A DNA stretch of 64,000 nucleotides from Candidatus Omnitrophica bacterium UBA6215 (GTDB lineage Bacteria > Omnitrophota > Gorgyraeia > Pluralincolimonadales > Pluralincolimonadaceae). Shown here piece by piece: positions 28,763 through 38,623 of this stretch (within the stretch, counting starts at the first letter, position 1; every line of letters begins with the position of its first letter). The stretch covers positions 145,278 to 209,277 of the forward strand of contig DISH01000007.1 of the NCBI GenBank assembly GCA_002421665.1, given 5' to 3'. The position numbers and the translations under genes are program-made. A model generated the notes under the pieces. The model was not told the origin of the DNA, did not search any database, and worked only from the letters and a program-made list of their open reading frames with translations.

Positions 28763-29256
28763 TTGGTCACGGCCTCCCAGCTCATCATCCCCAAGGCGCA
28801 CAACAATGATACAGCCAGCCCGGCGGCGAGTATCCCCAATATTATTCCGGAGACCGCATACCTGAACCTGATCTTCAACAGCGACGCGGCTATGGCTCCG
28901 GTCCAGGCGCCCGTCATCGGAAGGGGTATAGCCACGAACAGGGCCAGGCCGAGCATCTCATATTTCTGTATGGTATCGGCGCGTTTGCGCGTCCGTGCAA
29001 AGAGCCACTCGAAGAAACGTGCAAACAACCTGTACCGGCCAAGCCTGTTCGATACCGGCTCCAGGAGCAACAGGACGGGTATTACCGGGATAAAATTGCC
29101 TGCAATCGAGAGAAGGTACGCCTTCTGCGGCGTCATGCCGAAAGACAATGCAAGCGGTATGGCGCCCCTGAGTTCGGATACCGGCAGGGCGGATACTATC
29201 AAAACGATATAATCTTTCGGGAGGCCGTTAAGCCAGGAGATAAGGTTCTCTGTCAT
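28759..29256 (-). CDS. small multidrug-export-like membrane protein (COG2426-type)
   Basis: 165 aa, 4 TM; SELRGAIPLALSFG...IAGNFIPVIPVLLLL pattern. Confidence 0.55.
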   Translation of the reverse strand: MTENLISWLNGLPKDYIVLIVSALPVSELRGAIPLALSFGMTPQKAYLLSIAGNFIPVIPVLLLLEPVSNRLGRYRLFARFFEWLFARTRKRADTIQKYEMLGLALFVAIPLPMTGAWTGAIAASLLKIRFRYAVSGIILGILAAGLAVSLLCALGMMSWEAVTK

Positions 29257-29258
29257 CT

Positions 29259-29720
29259 TTACCTTAAGGGAGGCGGAGTAAGGTCGACTACTTCGCTCAC
29301 CGTTACGGCTATCAGATACTTAGGTTCCGGAAACCTCGCCTCGGGATGGCTGGCATGGCCAGGTTCACCTTTGAGGTTCTTTATCAACCGATGGGTTATC
29401 CTGGCAGTCAGTTTCTTTTCCCAGGCCAGGACGACAGCCTCCGCCAACTGGCCTTCCTTGACCAGCCTGGCTTTACCTTTAAGACAATATCCCCTGAACC
29501 TGTGCTCGTCAACTGCGCAGATGCTTACGGACGGGTTCTTCTCGAGATTATCGTGGGTCTTTCCTTTATACAGATCCAGCAGGTAGACCGTCCCGTCGGG
29601 GCCTATTTCGACGAGGCCTTTGCATGAATTATGGGGCAGGCCGTCCGGACCTATCGAAGAAACTACGATAAACGGCTGGCTGTGCAGGAACTTGGCTATC
29701 TCCGGGGCAACTTTATTCAT
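29259..29720 (-). CDS. pyridoxamine 5'-phosphate oxidase-related FMN-binding split-barrel protein
   Basis: 153 aa; PFIVVSSIGPDGLPH...G.VYLLD pattern. Confidence 0.6.
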   Translation of the reverse strand: MNKVAPEIAKFLHSQPFIVVSSIGPDGLPHNSCKGLVEIGPDGTVYLLDLYKGKTHDNLEKNPSVSICAVDEHRFRGYCLKGKARLVKEGQLAEAVVLAWEKKLTARITHRLIKNLKGEPGHASHPEARFPEPKYLIAVTVSEVVDLTPPPLR

Positions 29721-29766
29721 ATTTTCCCTACAATATACCTTATCATCCGGGTTTTATCCATAACAA

Positions 29767-30024
29767 TCACTTCACGGGTTTTACATGAATGCTGGAAGCA
29801 AGTTCCTTGTCTACCGCGAACTGGGTATGGCCGAGTTTAAAGACATAGGACGGGAACCTCTGCACCAGGAGGACAGACATGCCGGGAATGACGCCTATGC
29901 TCAATAATTTCTGCATCTGGTTCTTCCCTTTTGCCTGCAGATATGCTATCTGCCCCTTCTCCCCCGGTTTTAATTCGGAAAGCGGAACAACCTGTTTCTT
30001 GTCATCCTTGTCGTATTGTACCAT
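29767..30024 (-). CDS. feoA: FeoA family ferrous iron transport protein
   Basis: Start at internal MVQYDK; LSELKPGEKGQI...GVIPGMSVLLVQRFP SH3-like FeoA pattern. Confidence 0.75.
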   Translation of the reverse strand: MVQYDKDDKKQVVPLSELKPGEKGQIAYLQAKGKNQMQKLLSIGVIPGMSVLLVQRFPSYVFKLGHTQFAVDKELASSIHVKPVK

Positions 30025-30041
30025 TCGGATATCCCCGCAGA

Positions 30042-31499
30042 TTAAAGATTCAAGCCCAATAGGTTCAATGCTACGTACACTAGCCAACCCGTGCCGAACG
30101 AAAAGAACAATATAAAGACCGACATTGCCACTCCGACGCGCATCCCGCGTTCCTTGATATTCATCAGAAGCTGCGCTATACACGGCAGGAAAAGCGTCAG
30201 CGTAACACAGGCAACGACCAATTGGTTGCCGTTGAGCAGCCCCTGTGTCTTAAGGTCATAGAGGCCGGCTGCCCCGTAATCCCTGCGGAAGAACCCGAAG
30301 AGGAATGCTACCGCCGACTCGGAAGGCAGGCCTATCCACCTTACGGGATGTTCCAGCAGCCTGACAAGGAACCCAAAAACACCGGTTATCTTCCCGACCC
30401 ATATAAGCACACTTGCCAGCATAAAAAGCGGCAGCACTTCCAGGAAATACCATTTCATCCTGCTCCACGTCTTGCGCAGCACATTAGAAGGCTGCGGGAA
30501 CCTCAAGGGCGGGATCTCCATGTAAAAACTCGGCAATTCGCCCGGCATTATCTTCGAGGCAAGAAAACCTACGATCATAAAAACTCCGACTATGACCGAA
30601 AGCCATATTATAAGACCAAGGGGCCTAGATTCAAGAAGTGCGAGGATCACTCCCATTTGCGCGGAACACGGTATAGCCAGCGCAAGAAGGAACGTAGCTA
30701 TTATGCGTTCGCGCTTAGTGGGAAGGGTCCGGGTGACCATCGTCGCCATCGTGCTGCAGCCAAGGCCGAGGACAAGCGGTATTACCGCCCTCCCTGAAAG
30801 GCCTATCTTCTTGAATATCTGGTCCACCAGCATGGCCAGGCGGGGAAGGTAACCGCTGTCTTCGATTATCGCGAAAGCGAAAAAGAAGGTCGCGACTATC
30901 GGGAGCACTATGGCAAAAGCATACCTGAAACCGAGCGTAAGAATCCCGTAATCGCCGGCGATAAGGTCGCGCAGGACCGGGTAAGGCACGAACCTGTTGA
31001 CGACATCGATAAAAACAGGGTTCAGGTGCTGGTCGAAGACTTTGTCTTCAAGGAAATCCACAACGACACCCGCACCGAAATTACCCACGAACTTATACAA
31101 CCCGTAATACATTACTGCCAGCAATATCGGCCCGCCTATAAATGGGTTCATCATCGCCCTGCTAAGGGCTTCCTTGATCCCAAGGGAACCTTTCTTTCCG
31201 ACCGTAGTAACTGCGGCTGCGATACGGCTGGCTTCTCTCTGCCTGCGCTCGCTTATAATGTAAGCAAGCGGATACGAATAGTGCGGTTTGATCTTCTCTA
31301 TTATAGAAAATATTTTCTCCGCGCGTTCCGCCTCGTTCTTCCTTACGAGCTCGAACATCTCCGGGTCTTCCTGGAGCAGCAGCAATGCCGCCGAACGCTT
31401 CGATATCCTGTAATTATACTGCAGCAACGCTTCCAGCTCGGAAAGGCATATCTCAAGCGGATCGTCGTAACCTATATTCTTAACAAAATCTCTTAACAT
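30042..31499 (-). CDS. feoB: FeoB C-terminal part (GDI-like helical domain + membrane gate/nucleoside-recognition domains)
   Basis: 485 aa polytopic; follows G-domain ORF with 20-bp out-of-frame overlap. Confidence 0.8.
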   Translation of the reverse strand: MLRDFVKNIGYDDPLEICLSELEALLQYNYRISKRSAALLLLQEDPEMFELVRKNEAERAEKIFSIIEKIKPHYSYPLAYIISERRQREASRIAAAVTTVGKKGSLGIKEALSRAMMNPFIGGPILLAVMYYGLYKFVGNFGAGVVVDFLEDKVFDQHLNPVFIDVVNRFVPYPVLRDLIAGDYGILTLGFRYAFAIVLPIVATFFFAFAIIEDSGYLPRLAMLVDQIFKKIGLSGRAVIPLVLGLGCSTMATMVTRTLPTKRERIIATFLLALAIPCSAQMGVILALLESRPLGLIIWLSVIVGVFMIVGFLASKIMPGELPSFYMEIPPLRFPQPSNVLRKTWSRMKWYFLEVLPLFMLASVLIWVGKITGVFGFLVRLLEHPVRWIGLPSESAVAFLFGFFRRDYGAAGLYDLKTQGLLNGNQLVVACVTLTLFLPCIAQLLMNIKERGMRVGVAMSVFILFFSFGTGWLVYVALNLLGLNL

Positions 31500-31977
31500 G
31501 CTCCTCTATCTTTCCCCTTAAAATGTCCATGCCTGCGCCTTTTGTGCCCACGGTCTTGACAGCGGGGACCTTAAGCTCCTTCTCCAGGTGGGCCGTATCT
31601 ATATCTATCCCCAATGCCTGCGCCTCATCAAAAACATTCAGGACCAGCAGCACCGGCAAGCCGGCTTCAAGCAGCTGGAGCGTCATCGACAACATCCTCT
31701 CTATGTTCTTTGCGTCCACCACGTGCAGGAGAAGGCACGGGTTCTCATCAAGCAGTATAGAACGGCCCACCTTCTCTTCCTCGGATATCGGAAGCAGGGA
31801 ATACATGCCGGGTGTATCTATAACCTCGAAATCTTCCTCCCCTATCCTGCACTTTCCGCGGGAGACCTCCACCGTGGTGCCGGGATAGTTGGAAACATCG
31901 GCATAGCTTCCGGTCAGGTTATTGAATATTACCGACTTACCGACATTCGGCGAACCTACAATGGCTATCTTCCTCAT
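31480..31977 (-). CDS. feoB: FeoB N-terminal GTPase (G) domain
   Basis: 165 aa; IAIVGSPNVGKS (G1), DTPG (G3), NVFD (G4). Confidence 0.8.
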   Translation of the reverse strand: MRKIAIVGSPNVGKSVIFNNLTGSYADVSNYPGTTVEVSRGKCRIGEEDFEVIDTPGMYSLLPISEEEKVGRSILLDENPCLLLHVVDAKNIERMLSMTLQLLEAGLPVLLVLNVFDEAQALGIDIDTAHLEKELKVPAVKTVGTKGAGMDILRGKIEEHVKRFC

Positions 31978-32403
31978 CTATCCCCTCTTAGTCGCGCTAA
32001 TAACTTTACGCCTGTAATAATCGTCTATCGCGGCGCGCAAAGCCTTATGCCCCAGCACGGAACAGTGCACCTTGTTCTCGGGAAGGCCGCCAAGTTCTTT
32101 TACTATGTCCTTGGCGCTGAGGTTATAAGCCTGATCGAGCGTCTTGCCTTTGGCTATCTCGGAAAGGACGGACGTACTGGCTATCGCGCCGGCGCATCCG
32201 TACGTCTTCCACTTACAATCTGTTATAATACCGGTATCCCTGTCAACCTGTATAGCGATAAGCATCTCATCGCCGCATTTAACATTGCCGATCTTGCCCT
32301 TGCCGTCTTCTTTATAGACCGTCTCATCGGCAAGAAGATTGCGGGGATTCATGAAATGGTCCTTCACGATCTCAGAATACGCCCATTCAACCTTATTCCT
32401 CAT
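31978..32403 (-). CDS. nifU: NifU/IscU-type Fe-S cluster assembly scaffold
   Basis: Start at internal MRNKVEW (AGGAG RBS upstream); GNVKCGDEM, CAGAIAS, ...HCSVL conserved Cys ligands. Confidence 0.8.
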   Translation of the reverse strand: MRNKVEWAYSEIVKDHFMNPRNLLADETVYKEDGKGKIGNVKCGDEMLIAIQVDRDTGIITDCKWKTYGCAGAIASTSVLSEIAKGKTLDQAYNLSAKDIVKELGGLPENKVHCSVLGHKALRAAIDDYYRRKVISATKRG

Positions 32404-32404
32404 T

Positions 32405-33607
32405 TCAACTCCTGTGCCCTGTCGTTGATATCTTCCTGACCTTGTCAATAACCGCGGTCAGTTTGCCGACCGTATAATCTATCTCGGCCTCGGTATTATC
32501 CCTTCCAAGGCTTATTCTTATAGAACCGTGGGCCCTCTCTGCATCCATGCCCGACGCGATAAGAACATGCGAAGGGTCGAGCGAACCGGAAGCACACGCG
32601 GAACCGGTAGATACCGCTATGCCCTCAAGGTCCAGGTAAAGCAATATGGCTTCTCCCTCGGCCCCGTCGAAAGAGACATTAAGCGTGCCCGGAAGGACAT
32701 CCGACGGATGCCCGTTGAACTTTATGTCTTTTATGTTCTTTTCTATCCCCGCTCTAAGGCGCGACTTAAGTAAAAGCAGCCTTCCGGCTTCACCTGCCAT
32801 CTCTTTAGAGCGCATCTCAACGGCCTTACCGAATCCGACTATTCCCATCGTATTCTCGGTACCCGCGCGCCTGCCTCTCTCCTGGTGGCCTCCGCGTATA
32901 AACGGGCAAAACGGGACACCCGGTGATACATAAAGCGCGCCGATCCCCTTAGGCCCGTATATTTTATGCGCTGACATAGAAAGATAGTCCACTCCCAGGT
33001 CCATAACATCAACGGGGATCTTACCGGCCGCCTGCACGGCATCTGTATGGAACAGAACTCCGTACCTGTGCGCTATTGCCGCTATCTTCTTTATATCCTG
33101 TATAGTCCCTGTCTCGTTATTTGCCATCATGACCGAAACGAGCGCGGTCCTTTCCGAGACAAGTTTCTCGTATTCTGGTATATCTATCTTGCCGTCCCCA
33201 TCCACGGGCGCATAGGCTACCTCGACACCCCTCTCCTGCAGGCATCCTGCCGCCTCAAGCACGCAGGGATGTTCGATGAGCGAGGTCACAACCTGCCGTC
33301 TCCCGATATGCGGCGCCTCGCACTTCTTGGCGCTGCAGCTTAAGAGATTAAAGACGGTATTGTTGGCCTCGGAACCGCTTCCCATGAACACCATGTCCTC
33401 GGGTTTACCGCCTATGAAGGAGGCTATAGAGCGCCTTGACTCATCAATAAGCCTGCGCGCCTGCCTGCCGAAACCGTGCATGCTCGACGGATTGCCGAAT
33501 ATCTCCATCGCTTCCGACATAACTTTCTTTACTTCCGGATGCAGCGGAGTAGTGGCGTTATGGTCAAGATATACTTTGCGGTCCACCGTCACTCCTGGAA
33601 CAGCCAT
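32405..33607 (-). CDS. nifS: cysteine desulfurase NifS/IscS (class V aminotransferase)
   Basis: 400 aa; [10 protein letters not shown]-terminus; [19 protein letters not shown]-Lys; SGSACASG active-site Cys loop. Confidence 0.9.
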   Translation of the reverse strand: MAVPGVTVDRKVYLDHNATTPLHPEVKKVMSEAMEIFGNPSSMHGFGRQARRLIDESRRSIASFIGGKPEDMVFMGSGSEANNTVFNLLSCSAKKCEAPHIGRRQVVTSLIEHPCVLEAAGCLQERGVEVAYAPVDGDGKIDIPEYEKLVSERTALVSVMMANNETGTIQDIKKIAAIAHRYGVLFHTDAVQAAGKIPVDVMDLGVDYLSMSAHKIYGPKGIGALYVSPGVPFCPFIRGGHQERGRRAGTENTMGIVGFGKAVEMRSKEMAGEAGRLLLLKSRLRAGIEKNIKDIKFNGHPSDVLPGTLNVSFDGAEGEAILLYLDLEGIAVSTGSACASGSLDPSHVLIASGMDAERAHGSIRISLGRDNTEAEIDYTVGKLTAVIDKVRKISTTGHRS

Positions 33608-34515
33608 GTGGAAAGATAGCGTTCTCCCGTATCAGGGAGCAGGACAACTATCGTCTTTCCTGACGATTCGGCGCGTTTCGCGACTTCCAGAGCGGCCCAC
33701 ATCGCAGCACCGCAGGATATGCCCGCCAGGATGCCTTCTTCCCTGGCAAGCCGCCTCGCCGTAGAACCGGCATCATCCGAATCAACCTGTATTATCTCAT
33801 CGATTATCTTCCCGTTCAATACCCCGGGGATGAACCCCGCGCCTATCCCCTGTATCTTATGCGGGCCGGGTTTCCCGCCGGAAAGCACGGGCGAATCTTT
33901 CGGCTCAACGGCGACTATCCTCACGGCAGGGTTCCTTTCTTTCAGGACCTCCCCTACGCCGGTCAACGTCCCTCCGGTCCCGACGCCTGCAACAAAAACA
34001 TCGACTTTACCGCAGGTATCGCGCCATATCTCTTCCGCCGTCGTCTTACGATGTGCTTCAGGGTTCGCAGGATTATTGAACTGGTCGGGTATATAGCTCT
34101 TGGATATCTTTCCGGCCAATTCACCGGCCTTATCCACCGCGCCTTTCATTCCTTTTGAGCCTTCCGTCAGCACTATCTCGGCGCCGAGTATCTTCAACAG
34201 CTGCCTTCTCTCCACACTCATAGTCTCGGGCATCGTAAGTATGAGCCGATATCCGCGCGATGCGCAGACAAAAGCAAGCGCAACCCCGGTATTACCGCTA
34301 GTAGGTTCTATTATAACGGTATCCTTGTTCACCAGCCCTTTCTTTTCGGCAGCCTCTATCATAGCCGCGCCTATCCTGTCTTTCGCGCTGGAAAGAGGGT
34401 TAAAGGACTCGAGCTTAGCCAGTATGGAGGCATTAGCGCCTGCGGATATCTTGTTGATCCTTACCAAAGGCGTATTGCCTATCGTGCCTGTTATATCATT
34501 GAATATCCCGCTCAT
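33589..34515 (-). CDS. cysK: cysteine synthase A (O-acetylserine sulfhydrylase)
   Basis: 308 aa; [16 protein letters not shown] (PLP Lys), TSGNTG, GTGGT motifs. Confidence 0.9.
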   Translation of the reverse strand: MSGIFNDITGTIGNTPLVRINKISAGANASILAKLESFNPLSSAKDRIGAAMIEAAEKKGLVNKDTVIIEPTSGNTGVALAFVCASRGYRLILTMPETMSVERRQLLKILGAEIVLTEGSKGMKGAVDKAGELAGKISKSYIPDQFNNPANPEAHRKTTAEEIWRDTCGKVDVFVAGVGTGGTLTGVGEVLKERNPAVRIVAVEPKDSPVLSGGKPGPHKIQGIGAGFIPGVLNGKIIDEIIQVDSDDAGSTARRLAREEGILAGISCGAAMWAALEVAKRAESSGKTIVVLLPDTGERYLSTWLFQE

Positions 34516-34530
34516 ATCCGCCTCTTAATT

Positions 34531-34974
34531 TTAAATATAATACATTGATCCGGTCTTCCTGGACTTGGCTTCCTGCCTGCGGACAAGTTCCTCGAGGGTC
34601 ACCGAGGCCAGGGCGCGGGAGATTTTCTTTCCAATATCCTCCCAAATATCTCTCGACGCGCACAGTTTTGATCTTTTACAGCAAGAAGGGTCTTCCGCAC
34701 ATAATGTAGGAAACAAAGGGCCTTCCACGGCACTGACTATATCCTCCAGGGTAACCCTTGAAGGAGGCTTTGTAAGCGAATACCCGCCATGGGCTCCCCT
34801 GCCTGCTGACAACAATCCGGCCGCCTTGAGCGGAGGGACCAAATGCCAAAGGTATTTTTCGGATATAGACTGGTCCTTAGCGACATGCTTGAGCGTAACC
34901 GGCTCTTTCCCGTAATGCGAGGCCAGTTCAAGCATGAACCTTACTCCGTATCTTCCCCTTGTGGATATCCTCAT
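34531..34974 (-). CDS. Rrf2 family transcriptional regulator (IscR/CymR-like, 3 Cys)
   Basis: 147 aa; MRISTRGRYGVRFMLELA wHTH; Cys cluster CAEDPSCCKRSKLC. Confidence 0.85.
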   Translation of the reverse strand: MRISTRGRYGVRFMLELASHYGKEPVTLKHVAKDQSISEKYLWHLVPPLKAAGLLSAGRGAHGGYSLTKPPSRVTLEDIVSAVEGPLFPTLCAEDPSCCKRSKLCASRDIWEDIGKKISRALASVTLEELVRRQEAKSRKTGSMYYI

Positions 34975-34998
34975 GGTCTCTCCATCAATTATCCACTA

Positions 34999-35027
34999 TT
35001 TCTATCATTTTAGTTGATATTTGTCAA
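34999..35027 (-). promoter_or_regulatory. sigma70-like promoter TTGACA-N17-(TGA)TAGAAA for rrf2-cysK-nifS-nifU operon
   Basis: Minus-sense TTGACA at 35027..35022, TAGAAA at 35004..34999 with TG extended element; GGAGAG RBS before ATG at 34974. Confidence 0.45.
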
Positions 35028-35029
35028 GT

Positions 35030-35060
35030 AAAAAGGGGACGTGTCACTTTGGGACACGTC
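35030..35060 (-). terminator. rho-independent terminator of pst-phoU operon (8-bp stem GACGUGUC/GACACGUC, 7-nt loop, U5)
   Basis: Inverted repeat 35038..35045 / 35053..35060 followed on minus transcript by CCCCUUUUU; located 9 bp after phoU stop. Confidence 0.5.
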
Positions 35061-35068
35061 ACTTATTC

Positions 35069-35740
35069 TTATTGGAGTTTTTCGGGGTGGTGTTTTACGA
35101 CCTTGGCCTGGACCATGTATATAACGTCCTCGGCTATATTCGTCGCGTGGTCACATATGCGCTCAAGGTGGCGCGCTATGAGGAGCAGCGGCACTGCGCG
35201 CGGGGCAGTCGAGCCGTCCTTTGCCATGAAGTCGTTGACGAGTTCATTCTGGACAAGGCTCTTGAGTTTGTCAGCCTCGGAATCCGAAAGGACCACCTTC
35301 CTGGCCAGCTCTATGTCCCTGTTAACGAATGCGTCGATAGACTGCCTTACCATATTCTGGGCTATCACGCAGAGTTTCGGTATATCCACAAGCGGTTTAA
35401 GCAAAGGTTTATCCACTATCTCGAGTACGCGCTGGGCCACATCGACCGCAAGGTCCGCGATCCTTTCAAGCTCGTTATTGAGTTTCAACGCGGTCGTTAT
35501 AAACCTAAGGTCTATCGCGGCCGGCTGGTACAATGCCAGCATTTCGAGGCAGCGCTCTTCTATCTCCAACTCCATCATATCGATACGCTTGTCGGAATTG
35601 ACCACTTTTGAAGCCATCTCCTTGTCCTGCTGCTTCAGGGCCTTCACCGAGTCCATTATAGCTTCTTCGGTCATCGCACCCATCTTCAGGATCTGGGCAT
35701 TAAGACTCTTGAGTTCCTCATCGAAGTGGCGTTGCATCAC
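35069..35740 (-). CDS. phoU: phosphate transport system regulator PhoU
   Basis: 223 aa; two PhoU repeats (ELEIEERC...; ELERIADLAVDVAQ; ERICDHATNIAE). Confidence 0.9.
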   Translation of the reverse strand: MMQRHFDEELKSLNAQILKMGAMTEEAIMDSVKALKQQDKEMASKVVNSDKRIDMMELEIEERCLEMLALYQPAAIDLRFITTALKLNNELERIADLAVDVAQRVLEIVDKPLLKPLVDIPKLCVIAQNMVRQSIDAFVNRDIELARKVVLSDSEADKLKSLVQNELVNDFMAKDGSTAPRAVPLLLIARHLERICDHATNIAEDVIYMVQAKVVKHHPEKLQ

Positions 35741-36131
35741 GAATCTCCTTTTCTTCTATAAGTTCCCTGACTTTTCGGCCTATCTCATCCCTTATCTTCC
35801 TGAAAAACTCAGGTCCTTTTCCCTTCGGGTCCTCTATATCCCATTCCAAGCCCTTTTCCGCAGGCACTATCGGACAGACGTCCTTGCAGCCCATGGTAAC
35901 GGCTATATCGAACTTTTCCTCCGGCAGGTCAAAAAAGCCCTTGGACCTTTGCGACGAAATATCTATCCCCGCCTCCGACATCGCCTTTACGGCTTCCGGG
36001 TCGACCCGGCCGGACGGCTTCGAGCCGGCGCTGAAGGCCTCTATCTTTCCCGCGCCGAAATGCCTCGCGAACCCCTCGGCCATCTGGCTCCTGCATGAAT
36101 TCTCCACGCACACGAACAGTATCTTTTTCAT
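35718..36131 (-). CDS. arsC: thioredoxin-coupled arsenate reductase / LMW phosphotyrosine phosphatase family (ArsC, pI258-type)
   Basis: 137 aa; FVCVENSCRSQMAEG CX5R P-loop; second/third Cys in TMGCKDVCPIVP as in pI258 ArsC. Confidence 0.75.
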   Translation of the reverse strand: MKKILFVCVENSCRSQMAEGFARHFGAGKIEAFSAGSKPSGRVDPEAVKAMSEAGIDISSQRSKGFFDLPEEKFDIAVTMGCKDVCPIVPAEKGLEWDIEDPKGKGPEFFRKIRDEIGRKVRELIEEKEIRDATPLR

Positions 36132-36132
36132 A

Positions 36133-36894
36133 TCAACCGAACCTCCCTGTCACGTAATCCTCGGTCCGCTTATCGGACGGGGCGGTAAATATCCTTTGCG
36201 TCCTGTCGAACTCTATAAGTTCTCCCAGGAGGAAAAATCCCGTGTAGTCTGAGACGCGCGCAGCCTGCTGCATATTATGCGTTACTATAGCTATGGTGTA
36301 ATCCTTCTTAAGCTGGAGTATGAGTTCCTCTATCTTCTGGGTGGAGACCGGGTCAAGACTCGCGCACGGCTCATCGAAAAGTATGACCTCCGGCTCCACG
36401 GCAAGGCACCTTGCAATGCAAAGCCTCTGCTGCTGCCCCCCGGACAACTTCAAGGCGTTATCGTTAATACGGTCCTTTATCTCGTGCCACAACGCCGCTT
36501 CCTGCAGAGATTTGACTACCCTCTCTTCGATTATTTTCCTGCTCGAGACCCCGTTGACTTTCAGGCCGTAGGCGATATTCTCGAATATGCTTTTTGGAAA
36601 AGGATTGGGTTTCTGGAAGACCATACCTACGCGCCTTCTTATCTCGACGGGATCTACCGAAGGGTCGAATATATCACGGCCGTCCAGCGATATCTTCCCC
36701 TTCAGGATGGTGTTAGGTATAAGTTCATTCATGCGGTTAAGCAGCCTTATGAACGTGGACTTCCCGCATCCGGACGGGCCGATTATGGCCGTGACACGGT
36801 TCTCGCAAATATCGAGGTCTATCCCTTTAAGGGCATGCCGCGGCCCATAAAAGAAATCCACCTTTTCGGCTTTCATCTTAGCGTTATCAGGCAT
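36133..36894 (-). CDS. pstB: phosphate ABC transporter ATP-binding protein
   Basis: 253 aa; Walker [18 protein letters not shown] signature, Walker B ILFDEP. Confidence 0.95.
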   Translation of the reverse strand: MPDNAKMKAEKVDFFYGPRHALKGIDLDICENRVTAIIGPSGCGKSTFIRLLNRMNELIPNTILKGKISLDGRDIFDPSVDPVEIRRRVGMVFQKPNPFPKSIFENIAYGLKVNGVSSRKIIEERVVKSLQEAALWHEIKDRINDNALKLSGGQQQRLCIARCLAVEPEVILFDEPCASLDPVSTQKIEELILQLKKDYTIAIVTHNMQQAARVSDYTGFFLLGELIEFDRTQRIFTAPSDKRTEDYVTGRFG

Positions 36895-37738
36895 TTTGTA
36901 TCCTCTGGCGTTGTCGTATATAAACCGCTATCGCGGAAACGCCGAGCACCAATACCATCAGTATCAGCGCGCAGCCGTAAGCTATCGCGGTCTGTTTTTC
37001 CGGATGGGTCCCCTCGGTCATGAGGGCGTAAATATGGTAAGGCAGGGCCATGACCTCGGAAAATACCGAATCCGGGTATCTCCTGGAATAGAATGTGGCC
37101 GCCGTGAACAATATGGGAGCGGTCTCGCCCGCTACCCTGCCTATGCTAAGTATCACTCCCGTCAATATACCCGGAAGCGCGCTCGGCAAAACTATCTTCC
37201 TTATTGTCTCCCATTTGGACGCGCCGAGGGCCAATGAAGCTTCCCTTAGCGAATGAGGCACTGCCATGAGGGCCTCCTGTGTCGCAGATATTATTATGGG
37301 CAGTACGAGGATGCCAAGAGTCAGGCTGCCGGACAGTATCGAGATCCCGAACTTCATGAATTTCACGAAGACCGCAAGTCCGAAAAGCCCGAAGACGACC
37401 GAAGGCACGCCGGCCAGGTTGTTGATGCTCATCCTTATGATGTTGACGAAGAACCCCCTCGGGGAATATTCGCAAAGGTATATCGCGCACGCGAGCCCGA
37501 GCGGCAGCGCAAAAAGTATGGAGCCGGCCGTCAGGTATAACGTGCCGACGATCGCGGGGGCCACGCCGCCTTCCGTCATCCCCGACCTGGGCACCTGGGT
37601 AAGGAATCCCCATGATATGGCGCCGATCCCGCGGACAACGGTAAAGTATATTATAGCGCCGAGAAAGAACATAGTTATTAGCATGCACCCGAACAGCGCG
37701 CTGAAACCGATCTTCTGCGTGATATGCCCGTTCTTCAT
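36887..37738 (-). CDS. pstA: phosphate ABC transporter permease PstA
   Basis: 283 aa, 6 TM; ABC permease EAA-like loop; operon position. Confidence 0.85.
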   Translation of the reverse strand: MKNGHITQKIGFSALFGCMLITMFFLGAIIYFTVVRGIGAISWGFLTQVPRSGMTEGGVAPAIVGTLYLTAGSILFALPLGLACAIYLCEYSPRGFFVNIIRMSINNLAGVPSVVFGLFGLAVFVKFMKFGISILSGSLTLGILVLPIIISATQEALMAVPHSLREASLALGASKWETIRKIVLPSALPGILTGVILSIGRVAGETAPILFTAATFYSRRYPDSVFSEVMALPYHIYALMTEGTHPEKQTAIAYGCALILMVLVLGVSAIAVYIRQRQRIQNA

Positions 37739-38619
37739 CCGCTCTGCCCCAGCCTGATCCTGAACTTACGGCTAACCAGTTCCGCAATTATATTGAAAAC
37801 GAACGTAACGATAAAAAGTATCAACGCGATGGCAAAAAGCGAATGGTAGTGGAGCCCGCCTACGGGCGCTTCTCCCATCTCCGCCGCGATGGCCGATGTC
37901 ATCGGCCTTACGGGATCCAGGAAGGACTTCGGTATTACCGCGGAACCTCCCGCAACCATAAGCACGGTCATAGTCTCGCCTATCGCGCGGCTTATGCCGA
38001 GTATTACCGCGGTCGATATACCCGAGCCCGCCGCGGGGATCACCACCTGCGTCAGCGTCTGCCACCTGTTTGCGCCGACGGCGAAAGAGGCTTCCCTGAA
38101 GCTGTTGGGCACGCAATTCAGGGCATCCTCGGCTATACTGCATACGGTAGGTGTCGCCATGACGCCCAATATTATGCTCGCGGTCAACGCGCACAATCCC
38201 GTATCGAGTTTCAGCAGGTTCTGCACGAACGGCGCGACCACGACCATCCCGAAGAAACCGTATACGACCGAAGGGATGCTTGCAAGCACCTCAACGGCGG
38301 GCTTTAATAACGAGCGCTGCTTAAAACCCGCTATCTCGTTAAGATACAAGGCGCTGCCGACGCCCAACGGAACGCATACGCATAAAGCACCCAACGTGAC
38401 CCACATTGAAGCCATGATAAGCGGGAATATCCCGAATTCGGGAGGGTCATACGTGGGATACCAGAATTTCCCGAATATGAAATCGCCCGGCCTGACAGCC
38501 TTGAATATAGGAAGACCTTCCTTAAAAAGGACTATAATTATCCCGACCAGGAAGATCAATGAAGAGAAGGCCAGCGCGGCCAAAGTCCACCGGATGGCCT
38601 TCTCTTTTACTCTTGCCAT
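37735..38619 (-). CDS. pstC: phosphate ABC transporter permease PstC
   Basis: 294 aa, 6 TM; operon position between pstS and pstA. Confidence 0.85.
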   Translation of the reverse strand: MARVKEKAIRWTLAALAFSSLIFLVGIIIVLFKEGLPIFKAVRPGDFIFGKFWYPTYDPPEFGIFPLIMASMWVTLGALCVCVPLGVGSALYLNEIAGFKQRSLLKPAVEVLASIPSVVYGFFGMVVVAPFVQNLLKLDTGLCALTASIILGVMATPTVCSIAEDALNCVPNSFREASFAVGANRWQTLTQVVIPAAGSGISTAVILGISRAIGETMTVLMVAGGSAVIPKSFLDPVRPMTSAIAAEMGEAPVGGLHYHSLFAIALILFIVTFVFNIIAELVSRKFRIRLGQSG

Positions 38620-38623
38620 GGCC

